Positions 37,710-46,887 of a DNA stretch of 64,000 nt are shown piece by piece; the first letter of the stretch is position 1; each line of letters begins with the position of its first letter. The notes under the pieces were generated by a model. That model ran no database searches and was not told where the DNA came from. It saw only the letters and a list, made by a program, of their open reading frames with translations. The stretch spans positions 732,854 to 796,853 of the forward strand of contig OZ251578.1 in assembly GCA_965243835.1 (NCBI GenBank), read 5' to 3'. A program made the translations under genes and the position numbers. This DNA comes from Candidatus Spongiisociaceae bacterium (lineage in GTDB: Bacteria > Actinomycetota > Acidimicrobiia > Spongiisociales > Spongiisociaceae).

Positions 37710-40013
37710 TCAGGCGGCGCCCAGGGCGGCTTGGAGGAGCCGTCTCGCCCCCGGCTTGGAAAGGGGCTCGTTCCAGTTTCCGCATTTGGGGGACTGCACG
37801 CATGACGGGCAACCGGAGGCGCACGGACAGCGGAGCAGGGCGGCCCAAGCCGCCTCCATCAGTTCTTGCCGGGCCCGGTAGGCGACCGGGGCGATTCCCG
37901 CCCCGCCCGGATAACCGTCGTAGATGAAGATGGAGCCGCATCCGGTGTCGGGGTGGAGCGGGGTGGACAGTCCGCCGATGTCGGAGCGGTCGCAGATGGC
38001 GAACAGGGGCATCATTGCGATCAGGGTATGTTCGGCGGCGTGCAACGCCCCGGGCGCATCCTTGCCCACGCCCGCCCTTTCCAGCAACTGGTAGGGGAAC
38101 GTGAACCAGAAAGCGGAGGTCTCCAACCGGCTCTCCGGCAGGTCCAAAGGAACGTATTCCGTGCGCGGTCCCCGCGCCCGGTTGCGGCGCCGGTATTGCC
38201 GCCGAAACCCTTTTACCTGTCTGCTGACCACCACTTTGCCCAGGTGAAAGCCCGTCTCCCCCAACCGGACGGGGGCGGACTCCTCCACCACCTCCAAGTA
38301 CTCATCCACTTTGGGTTCGGTGTGATAGTCGACCTGCGCCCACCGCACCCCGATCTCCCCCCGGTCCAGGTCCAGTTTCTCCACCAGGTAGTCGTCCCCC
38401 TGGTGGAGGTAAATCGCCCCCTCGTGGGCGTCCTGCAAGGCCCGCTCCCGCTCCATGCTCCCCATGGGCCGGGACCCGTCCCGATCGTAAATGGTGAAAA
38501 CGCGGTCCCCGGCGGTGCGCAGGCTCATGGAGTGGGCGGGGGATTTCCCGCCCGCCCAGCGGATGCGGTCCCCGGTCTGCCGCAGTTTGCCTTCCCCGGC
38601 CAGCTCCCGCACCGACTCTTCCAACCCTTCCCCCAGATATCGGCGGTCGGACAAGCTCAGGGGGAACTCATAGGCGGCGCAACCGATGTGGGCGCGCAGG
38701 ACCGTGGGGTTGTCGGGATTGACCACCGCCGTTTCCGGAGGACGGGTGAACAGTTCCTGCGGATTATGCATAAAATACTGGTCCAGGGCGTCGTTTCCCC
38801 CCACCAGGGTCACCAGGGACGTTTTCCGGTTGCGCCCCGCCCGGCCCGCCTGTTGGCGGAAGGAGGAGAGCGTGCCCGGAAAAGAGCTGATCAGGGCCGC
38901 GTCCAGTCCGCCCACGTCAATGCCCAGCTCCAAAGCGTTGGTGGCGGCGATTCCCAGTAGATTTCCGGAGAACAGGTTTTTCTCGATACGGCGCCGGTCG
39001 GCCGCCGTATACCCGGCCCGGTAGGAGGCGATGCGGCGCCCCGCCTCGCCCAGCCGACGCGCCGCCCACCGGTAAACAAGTTCCGCTCCTTTGCGGCTGC
39101 GGGTGAAGGCGATGGTGTGTATCCGTCGGGAAACCAGATCCACCAACAGGTCGGTGGTTTCCGCCTGCGCCGACCGGCGCTCCCCCGTTTCCCGGTTTTC
39201 CCACGGGGGATTCCACAGGGCGACCACCCGCGCCCCGGCCGGAGAGTCGTCCTCCTGCAGGGCGTCGACTTGCAGGCCGGACAGCCGGTGGGCCAACTCC
39301 TCCGGGTTGCCGATGGTGGCCGAAGTGAAAACGAAAGTGGGTTCCGCCCGGTACCGGTCGGCCATCCGGCGCAGACGGCGCAGGATTAACGCGGTGTGGC
39401 TGCCGAACATCCCTTTCAGATAATGCATTTCGTCCACCACCACATAGGTCAGACGGGACAGGAAGCGGCTCCATTTCCCGTGGTGGGGCAGGATGCCGTA
39501 GTGCAGCATATCGGGATTGGTCAGGATCACGTTGGCCCGGTTGCGCACCCGGGGGCGCTCCGGGGCGGGCAAGTCCCCGTCGTAGGCGGCGACCGCCAAG
39601 CCGGGAACGTTCCACTCCCGCAGGGCCCGGGCTTGATCCTGGGCCAGGGCCTTGGTCGGAAACAGAAGCAGGGCGGTACGGGACGGATCCTCCAGGACGG
39701 CCTCGGCGATGGGCAGTTGATAGCACAGGCTTTTGCCGGAGGCGGTGCCCGAAACCACCACCAGATGCTCGCCGCGGCGGATACGGTTGACGGCCCGGGC
39801 CTGATGACGGTAAAGCCTTTCAATGCCCCGGGCGGCCAGCAACTCCCGCAACGCAACTCCGGGGGCGGGATCCAGATCGCCGAAGCTGGCCGGCCGCTCC
39901 GGTACCACCCGGTGATACACCAACTCCCCCGCCAAGTCGGGGTTCTCCTCCCAATCCCGGAGGACGGCTTGAAAGTCGGTGCCGGCGGCGGTCATAGCTA
40001 CATTATCGACCAC
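37710..40013 (-). CDS. DEAD/DEAH-box helicase with C-terminal DUF1998 zinc-binding domain (helicase/secretion neighbourhood 'DECH' type)
   Basis: Motif I SGTASGKSLCYQLP, motif II VVDEMHYL, motif VI QQAGRAGR, and C-terminal CPCASGCPSCVQSPKCGNWN. Start is either the GTG at 40013 or the ATG at 39995. Confidence 0.9.
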   Translation of the reverse strand: MVDNVAMTAAGTDFQAVLRDWEENPDLAGELVYHRVVPERPASFGDLDPAPGVALRELLAARGIERLYRHQARAVNRIRRGEHLVVVSGTASGKSLCYQLPIAEAVLEDPSRTALLLFPTKALAQDQARALREWNVPGLAVAAYDGDLPAPERPRVRNRANVILTNPDMLHYGILPHHGKWSRFLSRLTYVVVDEMHYLKGMFGSHTALILRRLRRMADRYRAEPTFVFTSATIGNPEELAHRLSGLQVDALQEDDSPAGARVVALWNPPWENRETGERRSAQAETTDLLVDLVSRRIHTIAFTRSRKGAELVYRWAARRLGEAGRRIASYRAGYTAADRRRIEKNLFSGNLLGIAATNALELGIDVGGLDAALISSFPGTLSSFRQQAGRAGRNRKTSLVTLVGGNDALDQYFMHNPQELFTRPPETAVVNPDNPTVLRAHIGCAAYEFPLSLSDRRYLGEGLEESVRELAGEGKLRQTGDRIRWAGGKSPAHSMSLRTAGDRVFTIYDRDGSRPMGSMERERALQDAHEGAIYLHQGDDYLVEKLDLDRGEIGVRWAQVDYHTEPKVDEYLEVVEESAPVRLGETGFHLGKVVVSRQVKGFRRQYRRRNRARGPRTEYVPLDLPESRLETSAFWFTFPYQLLERAGVGKDAPGALHAAEHTLIAMMPLFAICDRSDIGGLSTPLHPDTGCGSIFIYDGYPGGAGIAPVAYRARQELMEAAWAALLRCPCASGCPSCVQSPKCGNWNEPLSKPGARRLLQAALGAA

Positions 40014-40146
40014 TTGCGGGACATTCCCGGCCCAACCCCGGGTCCGCCCCTATTCTGGGGACGATGTTGATCGGCCGCCGCCCGGACGCCCGGCCCCTGC
40101 GGAGAAGGCCCGCCCCGTGAGAGCGGCGGGGAGGGCGGCGGAGGGA

Positions 40147-40854
40147 ATGGCGGCGGCCGCGGCCGGGGCCGGGTTGGCCGCTCTCCTCTTCTACGGGCTC
40201 TCCCGGCTCTTCGGGCCCGGACCGTTTCTCCCGACGGCGGCGGCCGGGGCGGCGGTCGCCGGATTGAACGGCGCCGTTTCGGGGGCATTGGGGATCTACG
40301 AATGGCGGCGGGCGCGGGGATGGGCCGGGTTCATCGCCGACTCCACCTGGGGCCTGTTGGGAACGGCTTCCGGGTTGCTCCTGCACGGGGCGGCCCTCCT
40401 CTCTTCCCGCCCCGGATGGTCGGCGGACCTCAGCCAGCGCCGCAACCGGCACGTCTACGAGCGGGGATGGACGGTGCGGCGCGGGTTCGCCCTGTGCCTG
40501 GGCAACGTGGTGACGGGCGGGGGAGGGAAGGCGGGCCTGTCCGGGGAAACGGAGCGTTCGGCGCGCCGCCGCCGGTTGGTGGAGGTACACGAGCAAACCC
40601 ATATTTTCCAGAATCGGCTTCTCGGCCCTTTGTATGCGCTCGGTTACGGCCTGTGGATGGCGGCGGGGGCTGCGGCCGGTTTGGCGACGGCCCTGCTGAC
40701 GGACCGGGGCCGGGTGTGGACGGTGGTGGAAACCTTCGCCTACTACGACAACCCCTTTGAGTACTGGGCCTACCGCAAAGACCGGAACTGGCCTCCGCCC
40801 GGCGCCTATCCCCGCTTCACCTGGCCTCCCCGCCGCACTGAAACCCCCAATTAG
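40147..40854 (+). CDS. hypothetical membrane protein carrying an HExxH motif
   Basis: Several hydrophobic segments plus LVEVHEQTHIFQNRLLGP (HExxH). Start chosen at the ATG at 40147 and is uncertain. Confidence 0.45.
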   Translation: MAAAAAGAGLAALLFYGLSRLFGPGPFLPTAAAGAAVAGLNGAVSGALGIYEWRRARGWAGFIADSTWGLLGTASGLLLHGAALLSSRPGWSADLSQRRNRHVYERGWTVRRGFALCLGNVVTGGGGKAGLSGETERSARRRRLVEVHEQTHIFQNRLLGPLYALGYGLWMAAGAAAGLATALLTDRGRVWTVVETFAYYDNPFEYWAYRKDRNWPPPGAYPRFTWPPRRTETPN

Positions 40855-40879
40855 CCGTTTGTCGCCGGCGGGTGGTAAA

Positions 40880-42103
40880 ATGTCGGATATGAGACGCACC
40901 ATCACCCTTGTTTTGGCGGTCAGCCTGCTTTCGCTGGGCGGGGCCGCTTCCGCGCAAACTCCCCCCGCGGAGTTTTCCGACGTCCCCGCCGACCATGCCC
41001 GCAAGGCGGACATCGAGTACGCGGTAGCCCGGGGATGGCTGACCGGCTTCGACGACGGCACTTTCCAACCGGAGCGGGTCCTCACCCTCGCCGAAATAGT
41101 CGACTTGGTGAACCGGATTTTCGACGATGTGTCCGCAGCGTCCGAGGAGGGCGTCAGCCGGTTGGATATGGCCTTGTTCCTGCAACATGGCAACCAGGCT
41201 TTGACCGACCCGGCGGCCCCCTCCGCAACCGCTCCCGAATTCAGCGATTGGCCCCCCGCCGCCCATGAGGGACATGAGGATGCGGACGCGTCGGTGGCTT
41301 ACGTTGCCGCCCGCGGCTGGTTCCGCGGCTACCCCGACGGGACTTTCCGAGCGGAGCGCGCCATCACCGACCGTCAGACGGCGGCCGTGCTGGAGAGGGC
41401 TTTCCCGCAGGGTTTGAGTCGGGCGGAAATGGCCGCCTACGTCCTGCATGGCAACCGGGCGGTGATCGCGCACGAGGCCTCCCGCGCCTGGGACTTAGTA
41501 AGCGAGGCCGGCACGATCGCGCAAGACGCCTGGGCCGCGGTGTGCGATGACCTGTCGGGCCCGAATCCCATGTTCAACTTTCCTCATATAATCGCCGGCT
41601 ATACCCTCGAGGCCGCCGCCGAAGATGCTTTGGCCGATGCCTGGAGGGCGGATGTCGACTTCTGGGAAACCGCCGCCGACCCCACCCCGGAAGAGGAGGA
41701 GGCCCTGCTAACCGCCCAGGCGGCCGCCGTTGCCTGGGATGCGTCCGCGGATGCGGAACGGGGGTTGGCTGCCTCCGTGGTGGAGGATTTGACCACCGAG
41801 GAGGGCCGCCAAGCCGCAACCGAGGCGGCGTGGGCGGCCCGGGCGGCGGAGAAAACGGCTTGGGATGCGGCCCGGGATGCCACGGCCGCGGGCGCGGCCG
41901 CCGAGGCCAGGGCCGAGCCGTCGGTGCGGGAGGCGTGGGAGACCGCGGCGGAGAAAGCGGAGGAGGCGGTGGCCGCTTGGGATGAGTTTACGATCCTCAA
42001 TTTGGCCGCCGCCTGCCAAAACTGGGTCGACGCCTGGACCATTTGGAAAGACTGGGCGGCGGCGATGTCGATCGCCAACGACGCCTTGGCCGCCGTCGCC
42101 TGA
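40880..42103 (+). CDS. secreted protein: two SLH-like domains plus an Ala/Glu/Trp-rich helical region with recurrent AW(D/E/A) motif
   Basis: Signal peptide ...GGAASAQ. SLH patterns FSDVPADHARKADIEYAVARGWLTGFDDGTFQPE and ASVAYVAARGWFRGYPDGTFRAE. C-terminus ...NWVDAWTIWKDWAAAMSIANDALAAVA. Confidence 0.7.
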   Translation: MSDMRRTITLVLAVSLLSLGGAASAQTPPAEFSDVPADHARKADIEYAVARGWLTGFDDGTFQPERVLTLAEIVDLVNRIFDDVSAASEEGVSRLDMALFLQHGNQALTDPAAPSATAPEFSDWPPAAHEGHEDADASVAYVAARGWFRGYPDGTFRAERAITDRQTAAVLERAFPQGLSRAEMAAYVLHGNRAVIAHEASRAWDLVSEAGTIAQDAWAAVCDDLSGPNPMFNFPHIIAGYTLEAAAEDALADAWRADVDFWETAADPTPEEEEALLTAQAAAVAWDASADAERGLAASVVEDLTTEEGRQAATEAAWAARAAEKTAWDAARDATAAGAAAEARAEPSVREAWETAAEKAEEAVAAWDEFTILNLAAACQNWVDAWTIWKDWAAAMSIANDALAAVA

Positions 42104-42213
42104 TATTTTCCCTCCTCCGAATTCCCGCTCTCCCGGGGGTTCCGGACAACCGGGCGGTTTTGGGGAAGGATGGAATTCCCGCGTTTTGAGGCGGGGAGGT
42201 GTAAGATAAGAAT

Positions 42214-43464
42214 ATGAGACGTACGCTCGTCGCTGTCATTGTGTTCGGCTTGGCGTCGCTGGGCGCGCCCGCTTCCGCGCAAACCGCCGCTACCGATTTC
42301 ACTACGGATTTTCCCGACGTCCCCGACGATCATCCGCGGAAGGCGGATATTGAACACGCGGCATCCCGCGGCTGGTTCCGGGGATACGGGGATGGGACTT
42401 TCAGGCCCAACCAGATCATCACTTCCTCCGAAATAGTCATCGTGGTAAGCCGGGTGTTCGCGGCCGCGTCCGGGGGGGAAGTCACCCGGTTGGATGCGGC
42501 CTTGTTCATGCAACACGGAAACCGGGCGTTGGATGATCCCGCCTTGCCGATCGTCTTCGCTCCCGACTTCAGCGACTGGCCTCCCTCCGAGGAACGCCGG
42601 GTAAATGAAGAAGTGGCTCAATCGGTCGCGTACGGCGCCGTCCGGGGGTGGTTTAAGGGTTATGTCGATGGAACTTTTCGCCCCGATGAGGCCATAACCG
42701 CCGGCCAAGTGGCCAAGGTCGTCACCCGGGCTTTCCCGAACGGTTTCAGCCGGGCGGCGATGACGACCTTCCTCCGCCATGCAAACCAGGCGATGATCTC
42801 CCATCAGGCTTCCCGCGCTTGGGACCGGGTGGAAAGTTCCTATGTGGCCACCCAGACCGCGTGGCGCGACACCTGCACCGCCTGGACCTCCTATCGGCCG
42901 GACGACAATTTGGCGGAGCAGGCTTGGAACGCCGAAACCGCCGCCTTCGTCGACACCGCCGACGCTTGGAGGGCGGAGGCGGCCTTTTGGGAAACCATAG
43001 ACGACCGCAGTCGGCTGGAGAGGGAGGCCCTAAGCACGGCGCTGGCCGCCGCCGCCGCTTGGGACGCCGCGGCGGAAGCCAAACCGTCCTGGGACCAAAC
43101 CGAGTACGACGGTTACGAGGCCATAGGCGAGGTTTTGGACGACGCCTTGGCCGTGGCCACCGCCGACCGGGAGGCGGAAATGACGGCCTGGAACGCATCC
43201 CGGGACGCGGTGCGCGCCTCTGATTTGGCCGAACAAGCCCGCGCTTCGATAGTGCTGACCGAAGTCGAGCAAGCCGCGGCCCAGGCTTGGGACAGTGCGG
43301 TGGGGGCGGTGGAAGAGGCGGTTCGGGTCTGGAATTCCTTCGCCGTGGTGGAGGAACGCACCCGCCGGGAATCCTGTCAGGACTGGGATGAGGCGTGGGT
43401 CGCCTGGGAGGACTGGGCGAGGGCGATGGCGGAGGCCAACGACGCCTTGGCCGTAGGCGCCTGA
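42214..43464 (+). CDS. secreted protein, paralog of 40880..42103 (two SLH-like domains plus AW-motif helical region)
   Basis: Same architecture as its paralog. C-terminus ...DWDEAWVAWEDWARAMAEANDALAVGA. Confidence 0.7.
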   Translation: MRRTLVAVIVFGLASLGAPASAQTAATDFTTDFPDVPDDHPRKADIEHAASRGWFRGYGDGTFRPNQIITSSEIVIVVSRVFAAASGGEVTRLDAALFMQHGNRALDDPALPIVFAPDFSDWPPSEERRVNEEVAQSVAYGAVRGWFKGYVDGTFRPDEAITAGQVAKVVTRAFPNGFSRAAMTTFLRHANQAMISHQASRAWDRVESSYVATQTAWRDTCTAWTSYRPDDNLAEQAWNAETAAFVDTADAWRAEAAFWETIDDRSRLEREALSTALAAAAAWDAAAEAKPSWDQTEYDGYEAIGEVLDDALAVATADREAEMTAWNASRDAVRASDLAEQARASIVLTEVEQAAAQAWDSAVGAVEEAVRVWNSFAVVEERTRRESCQDWDEAWVAWEDWARAMAEANDALAVGA

Positions 43465-43492
43465 TAATCCCCTACCCCTGAACTGACCGGTT

Positions 43493-44710
43493 ATGGCAAT
43501 GTGGCGCACCCTTCGCTCGGTGGCGCAATTCCGCGCCCGGGAGCGGGACCCCGACCTGCGCCGTTTGCGGGCGGCGGCCAACCTGGACGACCTGCGGGCC
43601 ATCGCCCGGCGGCGCCTGCCGGGCGGGGTGTTCGACTACGTGGACGGCGGGGCCGAAGACGAAATAACCTACCGTCGCAATCAAACCGACCTGGCCCGCT
43701 GGGAGTTCGTCCCCTCCGTGTTGCGGGATGTGACCGCCGTGGACACTTCCACCACCTTGCTGGGCCGGCCCGCTCCCCTGCCGTTGGTTTTGGCCCCCAC
43801 CGGCTTCACCCGCATCGTGCACCCGTCGGGGGAGTTGGCCGCGGCCCGGGCCGCGGCCCGCAAAAACATTCCCTACGCCCTGTCCACTCTCAGCACCCGT
43901 TCCATCGAGGAAGTGGCCGGGGTTTCCGAGGGGCGGAAATGGTTCCAGGTGTACGTGTGGAAGGACCGGGGGTTGGTGAAGAATATGATCGAGCGCGCCG
44001 GGGAAAGCGGTTACGAGGCCCTGTGCATCACCGTGGACCTGGCCGTGCCCGGCCGCCGGGAGCGGGATGTGCGGCGCGGTTTTACCCTGCCTCCCCAGCT
44101 CGGTTGGGAGATGTTGCTGGAGGGGATGGCCCGTCCCTCCTGGACCTGGCGTTTCCTGCGTTCGGAGCCCATCACCTTCGCCAACGTGACCGGGTTGCGC
44201 GACTACGACGGGAGCACCGCGGTGCAACTGTCGGATCTGGTCAACGAGCAGTTCGACGCTTCCCTGTCCTGGGCGGACATCGAGTGGTTGCGGGCCCTCT
44301 GGTCCGGCCCGGTGGTCATCAAAGGCATCCAGTCGGCGGCCGACGCCCGGTTGGCGGCGGAGCATGGGGCGGACGCCATCGCCGTTTCCAACCACGGCGG
44401 ACGGCAACTGGACTACGCCCCCACCCCGGCCAATCTGATGGAGGAGATCGCGGAGGCGGCGGGAGACTCCCTGGAGATTATTTTCGACGGCGGGGTGCGA
44501 CGGGGAGCGGACATCGTCAAAGCCTGCGCCTTGGGGGCGCGGGCGGTGATGGTGGGCCGACCCTACCTGTACGGGTTGGGGGCGGGGGGCGAGCGTGGGG
44601 TGGAGTGGGTGATCGACTTCTTCGCCGACGGGATGGCCCGCTCCATGGCCCTGGCCGGGGTGCGCTCCCTGGAGGAAGTGGACCGGGGGTTGGTGCGCAG
44701 GCGTTCCTGA
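43493..44710 (+). CDS. FMN-dependent alpha-hydroxy-acid dehydrogenase/oxidase (L-lactate dehydrogenase LldD-like)
   Basis: FDYVDGGAEDE, ...LSTLS..., WFQVY, ITVD, VSNHGGRQLD and GRPYLYGL are family hallmarks. Confidence 0.85.
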   Translation: MAMWRTLRSVAQFRARERDPDLRRLRAAANLDDLRAIARRRLPGGVFDYVDGGAEDEITYRRNQTDLARWEFVPSVLRDVTAVDTSTTLLGRPAPLPLVLAPTGFTRIVHPSGELAAARAAARKNIPYALSTLSTRSIEEVAGVSEGRKWFQVYVWKDRGLVKNMIERAGESGYEALCITVDLAVPGRRERDVRRGFTLPPQLGWEMLLEGMARPSWTWRFLRSEPITFANVTGLRDYDGSTAVQLSDLVNEQFDASLSWADIEWLRALWSGPVVIKGIQSAADARLAAEHGADAIAVSNHGGRQLDYAPTPANLMEEIAEAAGDSLEIIFDGGVRRGADIVKACALGARAVMVGRPYLYGLGAGGERGVEWVIDFFADGMARSMALAGVRSLEEVDRGLVRRRS

Positions 44711-44805
44711 CCTGCCGCAAGCGGCGCGCTGGCGGCGGGTTTCGCGTCCGGGGCGCAGTCGGCATATAATTCAATCGTTTCCAAAAAGGGAGAGGTTCCC
44801 AACCT

Positions 44806-46866
44806 ATGTCAGCAAACGCGGTACTAATCATCGCCCTCTTGGCGGGGGCTGCGGCTTTGGCGCTGGCCGTAATCTACGCCCGGGCGGTGCTGGCCGCCCC
44901 GGCCGGCAACCAGCGCATGCGGGAAATTTCCGCGGCCATCCGGGAAGGGGCCGACGCTTTCATGCGGCGGGAGTACACCTGGGTGGCGGTGTTCGTGGCC
45001 GCCTTGGCGATCCTGATCGCGGTGGTCCTTCCCTGGGGGGCGCCATGGGGCGCCGTGGCCTACATTTTCGGGGCGGCCCTGTCGGCGGGGGCCGGTTTCG
45101 CCGGGATGAGGATCGCCACCGCCGCCAACTCCCGCACCGCCGAGGCGGCCCGGTCCGGGGGGGTGGCGTCCGCCCTGCCGGTGGCTTTCCGGGGCGGGGC
45201 GGTAATGGGTTTTGCGGTGGCCGGCCTGGGGTTGTTGGGGGTGGCCTTGGGTTATCTGGTGTTCGTCCGTTGGCTGGGCCTGGATGAGGGGTTCGACATC
45301 ATCGCCGCCATCGGCTTGGGCGGCTCCTCCATCGCCCTGTTCGCCCGGGTGGGGGGAGGCATCTATACCAAGGCGGCGGATGTGGGGGCCGACCTGGTGG
45401 GCAAGGTGGAGGCGGGAATCCCCGAGGACGACCCCCGCAACCCGGCGGTGATCGCCGACAACGTGGGGGACAACGTGGGGGATGTGGCCGGAATGGGAGC
45501 GGACCTGTTCGAATCCTACGTGGGGTCGCTGGTGGCCCCCCTCGCCTATGCGGCCATCGTCTTCGCCGGGCGCGACTTCGCCGTGGAGTCGCTCATCTAC
45601 CCGCTGGCGGTGGCCGCCATCGGAATGTTCTCCGCCATCATCGGCTCCTTTTTCGTGCGGGTCCGGGAGGGGGGGAAGTTGGCTTCCGCCCTGCATCGGG
45701 GCAACAACATCGCGGCCGCGCTGACCACCATCGGGACGCTGATCATCACCCTGGTCATCTTCGGTTCCGGCAGCGGGGTGGAAAATCCCCTAGGGGTGTT
45801 CTTGGCGGTGTTGGCGGGTTTGGCGGTGGGGCTGGTAGTGGGGAAACTGTCGGAAATTTTCACCTCCGACCATTACCGGACCGTCAAGGAGATCGCCCGC
45901 CAGTCCGAGACCGGCCCGGCCACGGTGATCCTGGCCGGGGTGTCGGAGGGCATGCGCTCGGCCGCCTTCTCGGTGATAGCGGTGGCGGCCGGCATCGGCG
46001 GGGCCTATGCGGCCGGGAACTGGGCGATGGGGGATGGGGGCGGAATTTACGGGGTGGCCATCGCCGCTATCGGGGTGCTGTCCACCCTGGGGATCACAGT
46101 GGCGGTGGACGCCTACGGTCCCATCGCCGACAACGCGGGCGGGATCGCCGAGATGGCCGGCCTCCCCCCCGAAGTACGGGAAGCTACCGATGAACTGGAC
46201 GCGCTGGGCAACACCACCGCCGCCCTCGGCAAAGGCTTCGCCATCGGCTCGGCGGCGGTGACCGCTCTGGCCCTGTTCTCCGCTTTCACCCAGGCGGTGG
46301 GGTTGGAGTCGATCGACATCACCAAGGTGGGAACCACCATCGGCCTGTTCCTGGGCGGGATGTTCCCCTTCTTGTTCGCCGCCCTTACCATCAAGGCGGT
46401 GGGCCGGGCCGCGTTCCGGATGATCGAAGAGGTGCGCCGTCAGTTCCGGGACATTCCCGGCCTGCTGGACGGCGACCCGGACGCCCAGCCCGAATATTCC
46501 AAGGCGGTGAGCATCGCCACCGGGGCCGCCCTGCGGGAAATGGTAATCCCGGGAGCGTTGGCGGTGGCCCTGCCGCTGGTGGTCGGTTTCATTAACGTGG
46601 AGGCCTTGGGCGGGTTGCTGGCCGGGGCGCTGGTGACCGGGTTCCTGCTGGCTATTTTCATGGCCAACGCCGGGGGGGCCTGGGACAACGCCAAGAAGTT
46701 GATCGAAGCGGGGGCTTTCGGCGGCAAAGGCTCCGAACGCCACAAGGCGGCGGTGATCGGCGACACGGTGGGGGACCCGTTCAAGGACACTTCCGGCCCG
46801 GCGATGAACATCGTCATCAAGGTGATGACCATTGTCTCCCTCATTTTCGCCGCTGCCTTTGTCTAG
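44806..46866 (+). CDS. hppA: membrane-bound H+/Na+-translocating pyrophosphatase
   Basis: GGGIYTKAADVGADLVGKVE, DNVGDNVGDVAGMGADLFESY, DNAGGIAEM and GDTVGDP motifs. 686 aa, multi-TM. Confidence 0.95.
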   Translation: MSANAVLIIALLAGAAALALAVIYARAVLAAPAGNQRMREISAAIREGADAFMRREYTWVAVFVAALAILIAVVLPWGAPWGAVAYIFGAALSAGAGFAGMRIATAANSRTAEAARSGGVASALPVAFRGGAVMGFAVAGLGLLGVALGYLVFVRWLGLDEGFDIIAAIGLGGSSIALFARVGGGIYTKAADVGADLVGKVEAGIPEDDPRNPAVIADNVGDNVGDVAGMGADLFESYVGSLVAPLAYAAIVFAGRDFAVESLIYPLAVAAIGMFSAIIGSFFVRVREGGKLASALHRGNNIAAALTTIGTLIITLVIFGSGSGVENPLGVFLAVLAGLAVGLVVGKLSEIFTSDHYRTVKEIARQSETGPATVILAGVSEGMRSAAFSVIAVAAGIGGAYAAGNWAMGDGGGIYGVAIAAIGVLSTLGITVAVDAYGPIADNAGGIAEMAGLPPEVREATDELDALGNTTAALGKGFAIGSAAVTALALFSAFTQAVGLESIDITKVGTTIGLFLGGMFPFLFAALTIKAVGRAAFRMIEEVRRQFRDIPGLLDGDPDAQPEYSKAVSIATGAALREMVIPGALAVALPLVVGFINVEALGGLLAGALVTGFLLAIFMANAGGAWDNAKKLIEAGAFGGKGSERHKAAVIGDTVGDPFKDTSGPAMNIVIKVMTIVSLIFAAAFV

Positions 46867-46887
46867 GCGGCGCCCTCCGGTCGCGGA

